Source: Felis catus (lineage: Eukaryota). Taken from it: a DNA stretch of 64,000 bases. Below the pieces are notes generated by a model, which was not told the DNA's origin, did no database searches, and saw only the letters and a program-made list of their open reading frames with translations. The stretch is from NCBI RefSeq assembly GCF_018350175.1, contig NC_058377.1:10106001-10170000 (forward strand), written 5' to 3'. A program made the translations under genes and the position numbers. The first letter of the stretch is position 1. Each line of letters opens with the position of its first letter. Positions 50,920-63,156 of this stretch are shown piece after piece.

Positions 50920-51128
50920 GAGCAACTGTTGTGATACAACATGGAATTTCTGAATTCCAAATAAATAAATTTCACTTTTTGAACATTTGATCTGTGACTT
51001 TTTAGCACCAACAGGCTTGGTAACAGCCTCAAGTTCACCTGACAATGGGCTGCCGACCTTCCCCCAGTGGCCCATCAATCTGCTCTAACAAGTCCTTTGT
51101 TTCTTCTGTCATTCTCCCAAGGGATGGC

Positions 51129-51296
51129 TTATTGTCCTCCTTTCTGTACAATCTGGGCAAAGCGACTGGTGATAGCAAGAGTAGTGTCAATGAAGCGGTC
51201 CACACAGCTAGAGAGGCAGTTTTCAGTGCGAGAGTCTAGGCGATTCCCTGGCTTCTCCACACATTTATCCCAGCATAGCTCCATGAAGTGATGCAC
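51129..51296 (-). CDS. TIMM8B: TIMM8B exon 2
   Basis: VHHFMELCWDKCVEKPGNRLDSRTENCLSSCVDRFIDTTLAITSRFAQIVQKGGQ-TAA; twin CX3C motif. Confidence 0.97.
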   Translation of the reverse strand: MHHFMELCWDKCVEKPGNRLDSRTENCLSSCVDRFIDTTLAITSRFAQIVQKGGQ

Positions 51297-52668
51297 CTAA
51301 GAAGAAAGAAAATAACCACTGATGTCTGCATATAGGTCTAACTCTGCCAACTTTATTTCCTTCCCATTCTTCTCATTTTCTATCACCTGATGGAATCATT
51401 CAATCAACAAACCATGGGCTCCCCTCTTTCCTCACTTCATAACTTGTCACCAGTATGGCCCAGATCCTTGTCCTTACCGTTGCAATAATCCTTTATTCTC
51501 TCCATTACTGTTTTTCTCTTTAGTGATTAAAAATTACTTTCCATCACGTCACCCCTGTGTTTGCTTAATGCATCAGTTCCTCTCAGCCACTCGGGGCACT
51601 CCCGTATTTAACCACTAACCTGTTGTGCTTCCATGAAGTACATGCATAGCATACTCGACCCTTAATATTCCTGGAATGCCCTCCCTAAAGATTTTTCCCA
51701 TTCTTCAACACAGTTCAAATTTTTACCTCCTTGAAGGCCACGGTCTATTTTTTACAACTGTGTTAAGTCCTTAATCAGATTGTAAGTTTTCAGGCAGGGT
51801 GAGTATCTTTTATCTTCCCAATTAGCTCCAGTGTAAGCTGGAAAGGTATGGTACCAATGAATGTCCCCCAAACCACTGCATTCATCTCACTCCAAATCTA
51901 TCCCTTACAGAGCAGTTCTTTAACCATTTACTGAGGGCGTCCTTTTTGGGATGCTGAGTACTCAGTCAATACTGTCTGCGGTCCTAAAGTGTGACTGTCC
52001 TCTCAGTCTGAGACGTGGTTAAGCAATAAGCCATACTGGGAGTGGTCCTGCTGCTAGTAAGCGACCACGCCGGGTTTCAAACGGTGGCGAAAGGGCTCCA
52101 AAACACTTGTTCTTAACTACAGTCCACACTGACTACTTCAGAGTCCACCTTTCTCCATTAATGTTCTACTACTTTGTCGTTTTCAAATACGTTATCGCAT
52201 ATGGTCTCTACAATCCAGTGAGGCAGCAGGCGACTGCAAAACCAGGACCCATATGGGTGGGTGTCTTGCCTAGAGGTACGTGGCCTGTAAGGGGCAGAGG
52301 CAGGATCAGAACCCCGACCTTCCGAATGCCAAGCCCAGAGAGCTCGCCGCCAAACTAGTTTCCGGTGACCTTGGCGTCGCCCGAACCTTTCTCCTCTGCT
52401 TTACACTTTCTCTTTCCCCCACGCCGGGTTTGCCGAACAGGCACCCGAGCACTACTGGTCACCAGGGCCTGGAGGGCCATGCTCATTTCTTTTCCGAGAA
52501 GAACCGGGCGCAGCAAGAACGAGCATTGGGCAGCCTCCCCGTAGCGAAGTGGCAGAGCTCTGCTAGTTTTTTTCTAGCGGCAGTCACTTCGCGGGCTGAG
52601 TATAGAGCCTGAAAAGTCAACCTGAGCCTCAGCCTCTTTTCTCTCCACCGCGGTCCTTGTCCTCGCAC

Positions 52669-52752
52669 CTGTGCCGTGAACTGCGCTTTCTGCTGTTCGG
52701 CTGCCACCAGGCGCTGCAACTCCGCTTCGTCCGCCTCACCCAGCTCCGCCAT
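52669..52752 (-). CDS. TIMM8B: TIMM8B exon 1
   Basis: MAELGEADEAELQRLVAAEQQKAQFTAQ; donor gtgcga; in-frame upstream ATG at 52797. Confidence 0.95.
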
Positions 52753-52944
52753 CGTCCACCTCGAACTCCCGGCCTTCTTACAAGCGTGTGTGCGCATGCG
52801 CGGCGGACGCGCGCCAGCTCCCGACTTCCGGTTCACCAGGCATTTTCCTGTTTCTTGTTTTCTTTCGTTGTCGAGGGGTGGGAGTAATCGAGTGACTGCT
52901 TCCGGGTTGCTGGGTGACCTTGAACCTTCGGGAGAAAGATGGCG
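52753..52944. promoter_or_regulatory. TIMM8B/SDHD bidirectional promoter
   Basis: 186 nt between divergent ATGs; NRF1 TGCGCATGCGCG (52791), ETS ACTTCCGGT (52824) and GCTTCCGGG (52898), ERRE TGACCTTGA (52915), YY1-like AAGATGGCG (52936). Confidence 0.9.
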
Positions 52945-52990
52945 AATCTCTGGCGGCTGGGTGTCCTGTGTCGTGCGCAAGGAGGCCGAG
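52939..52990 (+). CDS. SDHD: SDHD exon 1
   Basis: MANLWRLGVLCRAQGGR; donor gtgagg. Confidence 0.95.
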
Positions 52991-53424
52991 GTGAGGGGTC
53001 CTGGCAGCCGGAGGTTCTTAGTACAGTCTCCAGCCAGGGAAGGGAGTGCGGTGAGGATTTGCCTCCAGGCGACGAGGCCTCTTGAGCAGGGAATCCCTCC
53101 ATTCCGTTTGCCCATCTGGCTTCTGTCGAAACCATGGCGGTAATCCCTGTTACCTACGCGCCCAGACGTTTTCCCGAGCGCGTTATCACTCCCGCTCAGG
53201 GCTGACGTGGGGATGGATAATCTGAAAGAGAGCTCCTGGAAGTTACGGTCCTGCTGAAGCTGTTCATAAGAGTTCTGTTTTTTCTCCCCATACAAAGTCC
53301 GTAGAGTGCACCCACCCTGCATTGGAAAATTGTGTGTTAGGCTCTAAGTGCCAATGCCTGGTCTTGCCCATTTACCCGGAGTTGGCATAGGGGTCGGGAG
53401 ATCAACTTGATAATCATTCAACTG

Positions 53425-54700
53425 GGCATTTGTATTCAACCAGACACTGTAGTAGGATTGGGATACAGATGTGAATAAAACATAGTTCCTGCCCTCGAAG
53501 AGTTTTCATTTTTATACGGAAAACACACGTAAGCATAACTTAACATAAAGCACAAACTGTTGTACTGTACATAAATTATTATGGTAGTCCAGAGGAAGAA
53601 CATATTTAGCTGTATGTTTTGGAAAGGTTACCCTCTCTTGGTTCCTGAAGGAAGTGTGTCCTATTTGAGTCTTGAGGATAAGGAAGGCCACAGGACGAAG
53701 GACATTACAGTTGGAGCTACTGGAATGAGCTAAAGTAATGATGAAGGTGTAGGAATGTGAAGTAGGAGAATAAATAAACTAGATATTAGTGCATGAAACT
53801 GAAGGTGAGGAATGAGAGATGAATCTGGAAAGGTGAGCTGGAATCAAATCATGGAAGAACTTGTCTTGATAAGGAGTGTGCATTTACCTGCTCTGAAGGG
53901 GACCATTGAAAGATTTGATATAGAGTTGCAGTTTAAATCGATCACTTGAGTAACACTGTGGTAGATGGCCATCATAGGAGATGGGACCGGCTAGGACACA
54001 CGTCAGGGAGATGAGATAGGACACTGTTGGAGTAGTACAAACAAAGAGCAGATTATCTCAAGAAATGTTAAGGAGATGCATCAGTATCATTTGGTGATTG
54101 ATAATTTAGGGAGGGAAATTTTACATGACTTGGCAGATTTTTGGTTTAGGTTAAAGAGTGCCTGGGATGTTATTAAATAAAGTGGCGAACAAGCAAATGG
54201 AAGACGAGTTTGGTTGAGAAAGTGAGTTGAAGGATGATTGTAATTTTTGGCATGGTGAGTTTGAGGATCATGTAGGATATCTCAGGGGAGAGACCCAGGA
54301 GGCACTCACACTTCTGAAACTCTGGAGAGATAGCAGGGTTGCAGATACAGAATTGGGTGTCATCAGCTTATGGGTAGAATAAGCTGAGTGGACAAAACGG
54401 CCAAGGGTGGTCTTAAGACATGAGGAGAGCAATGGGCAGATGATAGAAAGTTGGGAAAACATTAAGAGTGAATGTAGGAGGAGTTTGATATAGGATGTCG
54501 GACAATCAAAGGGAGGACTAGAAGAGAGTTCATCAGAACAGAAGAGAGGAAAGGTCCAATAGGGTGGAGACTAAAGGGTGTTTGTTGGATGTGATCACAT
54601 GGAGACCATTGGCAACTTAAAGCAGTTTTAGTAGGGATGACAATAAGTTTCAGAGTTGAAGAATGATAGGGAAGTGAATAAGTGGAGGTGATTTAGCCAA
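53425..54700. mobile_element. degenerate L2 relic
   Basis: Purine-rich L2-like segments (aaaacatagttcctgccctc..., gagtttgaggatcatgtaggatatc); boundaries approximate. Confidence 0.6.
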
Positions 54701-54724
54701 CATTTTAAAGAAGCATAATTGGAA

Positions 54725-55204
54725 GAGCNNNNNNNNNNNNNNNNNNNNNNNNNNNNNNNNNNNNNNNNNNNNNNNNNNNNNNNNNNNNNNNNNNNNNNNN
54801 NNNNNNNNNNNNNNNNNNNNNNNNNNNNNNNNNNNNNNNNNNNNNNNNNNNNNNNNNNNNNNNNNNNNNNNNNNNNNNNNNNNNNNNNNNTCAGTCAGAG
54901 AAAGACATACATGTTTTCGCTCTTATATGGAACTTGAGAAACTTAACAGAGGACCATGGGGGAAGGGAAGGAAAAAAATAGTTACAAACTGAGGTACAGT
55001 ACAGAGAACAAACCGAGGGTTGATGGGGGAGGCAGGAGGGGGAGCGGAAAATGTGGGATGGGCATTGAGGAGGGCACTTGTTGGGATGAGCACTGGGTGT
55101 TGGATGTAAGCAATGAATCATGAGAATCTACCCTCGAAACCAAGAGCGCGCTGTATACTCTGTATGTTATCTAACTTGACAGTAAATTATATTTAAAAAA
55201 AAAT
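54725..55204 (+). mobile_element. 5'-truncated carnivore LINE-1 3' end (partly N)
   Basis: L1 3'UTR with A tail; TSD AAAGAAGCATA(A/G)TTGGAA at 54707 and 55205. Confidence 0.9.
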
Positions 55205-55532
55205 AAAGAAGCATAGTTGGAAATGGCCAATAGGAAGGAAGGAGAGGTGAAAGACACAGGAGAGAAATTACCTCTTATTGAGTAATTATGACATTCTGGG
55301 AATTATGCTAAGCACCTTTCATATGTTAATTTTCAGTGGAGTATTATGAAGTAAGTGCTACTATTTTCATTTTACAGATAAGGACATTTAGACTTAGAGA
55401 GGCTGTTTAACTTAATTGCTCATCACCTCACAGCTAGTAAGTGGTGGCATTGCGTGAACTAGGTCTAGTTTTTAACCAAGAGACAGGATCAAAAAGGGGA
55501 CAGAACGGGATAGGTTCAAGAGTACAAGTGTA

Positions 55533-55716
55533 GGGGTGCCTGAGTGGCTCAGTCGGTTAAGCGTCCAACTTAGGCTCAGGTCATGATCTCGTTAGTGAGT
55601 TCAGCCCCACGTTGAGCTCTTTGCTGAGGGCACAGACCCTGCTTGGGATTCTCTGTCCCCCCTCCTCTCTGCCTCTCTCTCTCTTAAAATAAATAAAACA
55701 TTTTAAAAAATTAAAA
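55533..55716 (+). mobile_element. CAN-SINE
   Basis: TSD AAGAGTACAAGT. Confidence 0.9.
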
Positions 55717-55908
55717 AAGAGTACAAGTAGAGAAACTGATCTTGAAAAGGAAGATGGTAATAGATGTACTTCCTAAATTAGACTGAATTCCTTGAGGACA
55801 AAGACTGTCTTGTCTCTTGCTCCAATGAAGAGCATGTTTTTACCTGCAGTAAATGTTTGTTGGATGAACAGATGAATAAATGGAAAGAGAAAGGAACTAT
55901 AATTTACT

Positions 55909-56120
55909 ATTTATTTATTTATTTAAAGTTTATTTTGAGAGAGTGCGCATGCGAGCAGGTGAGGGGGGAGAGAGAGAGAGAGAGAGAGAGAGTGCGAGCA
56001 AGCAGGCTCCACACTGCTAGAACAGAGCCCCATATGGGGCTTGAACCCATGAATCGTGAGATCATGACCTGAGTCAAAATCAAGAGTCAGACCCTCAACC
56101 AACTGAGCCACACAGGTGCC
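55909..56120 (-). mobile_element. CAN-SINE
   Basis: TSD CTATAATTTACT. Confidence 0.9.
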
Positions 56121-56369
56121 CTATAATTTACTTTATAAAATTGGTAAGAGTGAAGCCCTTTTACATAAGTGGTTCATTGATTTTTCAGTCTTTCAATGGC
56201 TACTTAGTCTGACTTCATAGTAATCCAGGGAAATATATACTGTCCTCATTTTACAAATGAGTTGTTATCCCCTGTTTGGAGTAAATAGCTTGCTTATGGT
56301 CATTTAGAAAGTCTGTTATTCCTGTTAAAGGAGAAATGTTTATGACTTCCCTTATATCTCTTTCCTCAG

Positions 56370-56486
56370 CTCTGTTTCTCCGAATTCCAGTAGTCAGACC
56401 TGCTTATGTCTCAGCATTTCTCCAGGACCAACCTGCCCCAGGACAGTGTAGAACACAGCACATTCACCTGTCACCCAACCACCATG
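56370..56486 (+). CDS. SDHD: SDHD exon 2
   Basis: (A)[38 protein letters not shown]; cag / gtacgt. Confidence 0.96.
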
Positions 56487-57914
56487 GTACGTTTTTTTTT
56501 TCTTTCATTGCTACTGCTTTTTGGGCTCTTTTCATCTTTGTCTTGGGTAATTTTCATGCCTTTGGCAGGACTTGCTATCTGTGGAGTGGAATTCTTATGT
56601 CCAACTCTGTCAGATGAAGACCTGTTTAGCCTGCACCTTGGGGCAGACAATGCCACAATGGTTGAAGGATGCCATTTACACTGAAAGAGAACCCTTCTGG
56701 TCTAAGTCTATGAAAATTTCAATTTTTTTAAAGGAAATAGTTTTGTAGGAAGAGTCTATAAAATATAGTCACTCTTATTTAGCTGATAGAGAGGAACCAT
56801 ATACAAGTAATTTAGAATAGTAGACAATTTAAAAAGTCATACATATTTATAGCTGTTAACTGAATTATTTTTATTTAGGTTGGTACTAAAATCACATGGC
56901 ATTTTTGGGGTGAATATTATGGAAAACCTGTAAGTGAATAGTAAGTTAACTATTATTTCCAGTTTTAGAGTCTGGAAAGATCTGTATTTTATAGAGATAG
57001 AGATAAAGATTCCTCTTGATTCTTAAGTCAATAACTTATGTACAGTTGCATCTGAATTATGAGAAATTAGGCAAGTATAGTTTTTCTGCTTTTTAGAGTT
57101 ATTTTGTCTTGGAAAATTCTTTGTTTCTGCATTCCTTTGTTTAGTTCAGTTAAATTTAGCAGAGTGGTTTTAATTTAAAGTGCATGGGACTGAAAGCAAG
57201 CCCTTGAAGTTTTAAACATCGTTTTTAATGTATGCGTCCATGTGCATTTTTCTGGGGAATATCTGTCCTTTTATTAGATTCCCAAAGAGATCTGTAACCA
57301 AAAAAGATAGAGGCTCCCAAAGAAATGTTTAAAGCCCATTTTGTTTTTCACTTATTTAAAAGAAGTTTTCATGTTCGTGTTCATACCTGTTTTGGACTAT
57401 TTATAAGTAATGGGACAGAAGAAGGACCATAATCGTAAAAGTTCACATCGGAACTTTTTGAATTGGCTGGTTTGGTTTTTTTTGGGGGGAGGATTTTTAG
57501 TATTACCTTCAAATTCTAAAAATTAGAATGTGTAAATAAAAGAGTAATGTTTTAAAGGAATTCCTCTGCTGGTATTAACTTACATTCGTAAAGTATCTGT
57601 CCATTACACTAAAGCCCAAGGTTGGTGGTTCTGCAAAGGTAGTTCATCCATCTTCTGGCCTGTCAGCAAATTGGATCAGTCTTCTAATGCATTTAAATAG
57701 GCACTGTGACACCTCGAGCTAAAGAGCGTCAAAGAAGGGAGATAGCATCTTTCTCATTTATCTTCTTTATCTTACTCTCTTTCTGCTCAGTTAAGTCTCA
57801 TATGCATACTATTTGCCATTCTGTCAGCTGGGTTATTTTGTGGCAAATACTGAATGTGAGATATGTGTGTTTTCCCCTTTCAACTCTTATAAATCTGGTC
57901 CCTCCTTTTTATAG

Positions 57915-58059
57915 CTGGTTCCAAGGCTTCATCTCTCCACTGGACTGGTGAGAGGGTGGTCAGTGTTTTGCTCCTGGGCCTAATTCCAGCTGCTTATTTG
58001 AATCCCAGCTCTGCGATGGACTACTCCTTGGCTGCAGCCCTCACGCTCCATAGTCACTG
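57915..58059 (+). CDS. SDHD: SDHD exon 3
   Basis: (A)[47 protein letters not shown](W); donor GCAAGT. Confidence 0.95.
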
Positions 58060-59809
58060 GCAAGTACAGCAGACCCTTCAGTGTTACGTTGCTAAATTTA
58101 TTTGCTGTGAGCTTGTCCCGTTACTGCAGATGAGGGAGAAGTTGATTGAGATACTCAGACCTGTAGACAACTTTAAAACCTATAAAGTATTTGTATGCCC
58201 AGATTTGTGTATCTGCCTGCCTATTTGATGTCTTCTCTTCCATGTCTAATAGGCATTTTGAATATAGCATGTTATAAAACTGAGTTCGTCGACTCCCCAG
58301 ATCTCTTCCTCTAGTACTCTTGCCGATCTGAATTAATGGCATTTGCACTCTTCTAATTGTGCATGCCTCAAACCTGGTCATCATCTTTGGTTTCAGTAGT
58401 AGTCACCTAACTGGTCCTCCTTCTGTCTATTCCCAACACAGCAGTCTCAGTGATCCTTTTAAAATATTAAGTCAGATGAAGACATTCTCCTTCTCAAAAC
58501 ACTTTGCTGTCTTTTAACCTTCCTCAGGCTAAAAGTCAGAATTCTCATGATGGTCTACTGACCCAAGGTAGTCTGGCTCTCTTTCTTCCCCAATTTCCAG
58601 CTACTCTCTCTGTCATTCACACCGGCTTTCATGATAATTCTTGGACACTCCAGGGACACTCCAGGCCTCAAGAGTCTACTTTGCTTCTGCCTGACACTCT
58701 CTTTCTCTAGTTACATGGCTTATTCCTCATTTCCTTCACATCTGAACTGTCACCTTCTCAATGAAGCCTTCTCTAACCACTTATTCACAATTATAGTGTC
58801 CTTCCCAGTATGTCTTATCCCTCTCCCCTGTTTTATTTTTCTCAGTAGTGCTTATTACCTTCTACTATACTGTATCATCTGTTTATCATTTTGTGTATTC
58901 CTTGTTTCCCCTCATTAGAATGAAAGCACTGATACAGAAAATTACAAGAATCACATCCATGGCTTAATGAATTATTGCAAGGGTAATGCTGCCCAGGTCA
59001 AGAAATTGAACGTTGCCACCTACTCCAGAAGCTTCTTCCTTGTGTTCTACCTCAGTCATAACTGTTCAGCATCCTCCCAACCAGGAACCATTATCCTGGT
59101 TTTTATAGTAATCACTCCCTTACATTTTAGTGTGGTTTTATCACTCAGTTGTGCATCCTTAGACACTGTAGTTAAGTGTTGCCCTTTTTAAAAAAAGAAA
59201 ACAGACTTTTGGCTGTTTTTGTTTGTTGTTATATATATTTAATGCCTAGAGCAGTCCCTGACACGCACTAAGTAAATACTTATTGAATGAGTGAATTCCC
59301 AGCTTCTATTTACTTTATCCGGTGTAGTTTGTTAGACTTTCTAAGTTAATTAACCCTCTGCAAAGTTTGTAAATAACAGGATCTTTGAGTTCATTTTATG
59401 TTGTTTTATAAGGACAACATGATATTGTGGGCAGGGGAAGCATTTTTGGGTTCTTAGAACTGAAAGGACTTGGGAATATCTTAACCAACCCTGTTATTTA
59501 CAGATGTGGACACTAAACCCCGGGGAAGGTTAAGTGATCTATCAGAATGATTTTGTAGATTAGTGTTACAAGGGATTTTGCTTACCTGATTTTCTAGGGT
59601 TGGTCAGGGAATTACCCTTTAATCTACAGACCTTTCAAAATACAGGATTCCATTGCATTATGAAATATTAGATCACAAGTACAGGAATATTTCTCTAATA
59701 TGTGGTTTTTGGCAGGAGATCATCTAAATCAACGAAAAGTCAGATTAAGAATTCTAATGTAATATATTTATATATATTTTTTATTCTATTCTCCAGTTAC
59801 CTTACTAAT

Positions 59810-59832
59810 TCTTCCTTCTCTCTCTCTCTCTT

Positions 59833-59879
<47 letters not shown>

Positions 59880-59899
59880 TACACACACACACACACACA
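59810..59899. repeat. (CT)n(CA)n compound microsatellite
   Basis: Read directly from the sequence. Confidence 0.95.
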
Positions 59900-61427
59900 G
59901 GATGACTTAAAAGAATGTCTATAATTGTGCATTAATTACTCAGCATCCATTCTCTTTTAATCCACATTAATTGGGCTTTTATCCTAACTACATAACTGAA
60001 GTAATTCTTACCAATATCCCCCAAAACCTTCATTTTTCCAAATCTATCTGTCTGTTCTCGGTCTTCCTCTTACTTGAACTCTCAGCACCGTTCAACTTAA
60101 TTGGCCATCCCCTCCTTAAATAATTTGTTTTGGCTCTGTAGACCCTGTGCCCACCATTTTCCTCCATCTCACTAGCTGCACCTTCTCAGTCTCTGATGCC
60201 AGCTTCTCCCCTTGTCTGACGTGTGAACGAGAAAGCCCTGAATCCTGGGCTCAGTTTTCCTTTCTTAATTTCTCTAATTTCCTGAGGCGAGCTCAGATCT
60301 GACCTCTTCTTGATCTGCAGTCCTGTGATTCCACTTGTCTAACCAGTGGAGTCCATTTGAATGTGTAATAGTCACCTCAAATTTAACATTGCCAAAAGCC
60401 ACTCTTGTCCGCCCCAAATCTCTCTTGATTTTCCCTTAAAGCTGCCTCCTTTCCTGTTCTTCCCTAACTCAATTAAATCATAGTTGCTCAAGCCAAAAAT
60501 CCTAGGAGTTATTGCAGATACTTCTTTTTGTCTTATCCCACATCCAGTCCATCACCTCTTTCTGTTTGTTCCCTCTTCAAAACATAGCCTGTCTAAATTG
60601 TCACTTCACACCATCTCCCCCGTCACCAGCCTAAGTTGAGCCAACAAACTTGCTGAGGCTACTTTATTTGCCTCCTAACTGGTTTTCTGTTTCTGTTCTT
60701 GCCCCCCTTCTGCTGCCTGCACTCTCCATTCACCATACTGCAGCCAAGGTGGTCTTTTTTAAAAGAAAAATTACATTTCTTTATAGGAGATACACAAATG
60801 GCTCATAAGCAACATGAAAAAATGCTCAACACCATTTTTTATTAGAGAAATGCAAATCACAACCACAATGAGCTGCCACTTCATACTTAATAGGATGGCT
60901 CTAATCAAAAAGATGGGCGATGACAAGTGTTTCAAGGATGTGGAGAAGTTGGGAGTCCTCCTGTGTCTGCTGGGAATTTAAGAAGTTGGAGCCGCTTTGG
61001 AAAACAGTTTGGCAGTTCTAACAAAAAGTTAGAGTCACCATATAACTCATCGATTCCACTTTTATGTGTACACCCCTCAAAATTGAAAACATATCCTCAC
61101 GCAAAAACTTGAATAGTAATATTCATGCAGTGTAATTTACAATAACCAAAAAGCAAAAACAATCCAAGTATGTGCCACAATGTTGATGAACCTTGAAAAT
61201 GTGAAGTGAAAGAAACTTGACACACAAGGCCACATGTTTCATTTATATAAAATGTATAGAATAGGCAAGTCTGTAGAAATAGAAAACAAGTTAGTTGTTG
61301 AATAATGAGCTCATGGATGCAGGGTTTCTTTTTGGGGTGATGAGAATTAAATAGTGATGATGTTGCACAACTTTGTGAATACACTACAAACCAGTGAAGT
61401 GTACTCTTGAAAAAGGGTTAATTTTAT

Positions 61428-61522
61428 GGGGCATGCCTGGCTGGGGCAGTGGGTAGAGCCTGGTACCTGATGTCAGGGTCGTGAGTTCAAGCTCCACATT
61501 GGGCATAGTGCTTGCTCGCTTT
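61428..61522 (+). mobile_element. short CAN-SINE
   Basis: CT-less SINE head. Confidence 0.8.
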
Positions 61523-61538
61523 AGAAAGTGTTAATTCT

Positions 61539-61761
61539 GGGGCGCCTGGGTGGCGCAGTCGGTTAAGCGTCCGACTTCAGCCAGGTCACAATCTCGCGGT
61601 CCGTGAGTTCGAGCCCCGCGTCAGGCTCTGGGCTGATGGCTCAGAGCCTGGAGCCTGTTTCCGATTCTGTGTCTCCCTCTCTCTCTGCCCTTCCCCGGTT
61701 CATGCTCTGTCTCTCTCTGTCCCAAAAATAAATAAAAAACGTTGAAAAAAAAATTTGAAAA
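61539..61761 (+). mobile_element. young felid CAN-SINE
   Basis: TSD AGAAAGTGTTAATT.T at 61523 and 61762. Confidence 0.95.
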
Positions 61762-61828
61762 AGAAAGTGTTAATTTTATGGTATGTGAATTATATCTCAC
61801 TAAAGCTGTTATTAAAAAAGTAAAATTA

Positions 61829-62066
61829 GGGGCGTCTGGGTGGCTCAGTTGGTTGAGCATCCGACTTTGGCTCAGGTCGTGATCTCGCGGTCTCTGAGTT
61901 TGAGCCCCGCGTCAGGCTCTGTGCTGACAACGCAGAGCCTGGAGCCTGTTTCAGATTCTGTGTCTCCCTCTCTCTCTCTGACCCTCCCCCATTCATGCTC
62001 TGTCTCTCTCTGTCTCAAAATAAATAAACGTTAAAAAAATAAAAAATAAATAAAAAAATAAATTTA
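61829..62066 (+). mobile_element. felid CAN-SINE
   Basis: TSD AAAAAAGTAAAATTA at 61814 and 62067. Confidence 0.95.
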
Positions 62067-62159
62067 AAAAAAGTAAAATTAGGTCACTCCTTACTTAGGT
62101 TACTCCCTACTTAAAAACACGTCTGTGGTGTCCCATTACATTTCATATGAAATTCAGAC

Positions 62160-62270
62160 TTTTTTTTTTAAGATTTTTTTAAGTAATCTCTGTACCCTAT
62201 GTGAGGGTCAAACTCACAACCCCGAGATCAAGAGTCATGTGCTCCATGGGCTGAGCCAGCCAGTCACCCC
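62160..62270 (-). mobile_element. short CAN-SINE
   Basis: Reversed CT-less SINE. Confidence 0.8.
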
Positions 62271-62613
62271 TGAAATAATAAACTTTTATTATGACCTTCA
62301 GGGCCCTATGTGATCTGCCTTTCCATTATGATCTGGTCCTCCAGTCACACTAATCTTTTTACTATTCCTCAAAGATGCCAAGGTCATTGTCACTTCTGTT
62401 TAGAACGTTCTTCTCATTCAGGTCATCCTTTCTAAAATATTTTCTCATACCACATACATATTTATTTTCTCCTTCACTAGAATCTGTTCCATAAAGGCAA
62501 GGATGCTGTCTTATTTGCTGTTGTTTCAACATCTATAACAGGTTCTGGCACATAATATCTGCTTCATAAATTTTTTTTAATTAATGAAAAATTCTATAGA
62601 GCATTTGTTTTAA

Positions 62614-62724
62614 AGTTTATTTATTTATTTATTATTAATCTCTACACCCAGTGTGGGACTTGAACTTACTACCCTGTGATCAAAGAGTCACACGCTTCTC
62701 CAACTGACCTAGGCCGGTGCCCCT
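62614..62724 (-). mobile_element. short CAN-SINE
   Basis: TSD GAGCATTTGTTTTAA. Confidence 0.85.
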
Positions 62725-62928
62725 GGAGCATTTGTTTTAATTAAACAAACAAACAACAACCAAGATTTTGTATATAGAGTGGCAGTTAACTACTGTCTTT
62801 GATAGAAGTAACTCTGGAAAATTCAATCTGAAGAATAGAGATGTCTTTATTATATTACTGGGAAACTCTTGATTCCTTCATTTTGGTTTATGAGTCTATG
62901 ACCTTGAGTTGTACTTTGAACCTGATAA

Positions 62929-63156
<228 letters not shown>

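Larger units (their letters stand above)
60785..61813 (+). mobile_element. L1M 3' fragment interrupted by SINEs
   Basis: ORF2 C-terminal sequence (gaaatgcaaatcacaaccacaatgag...) and L1 3' end. Confidence 0.8.

Noticed and set aside
52483-53322. 279-aa minus-strand ORF
   Set aside because: Only TIMM8B exon 1 is coding; the rest is open frame across the CpG island.
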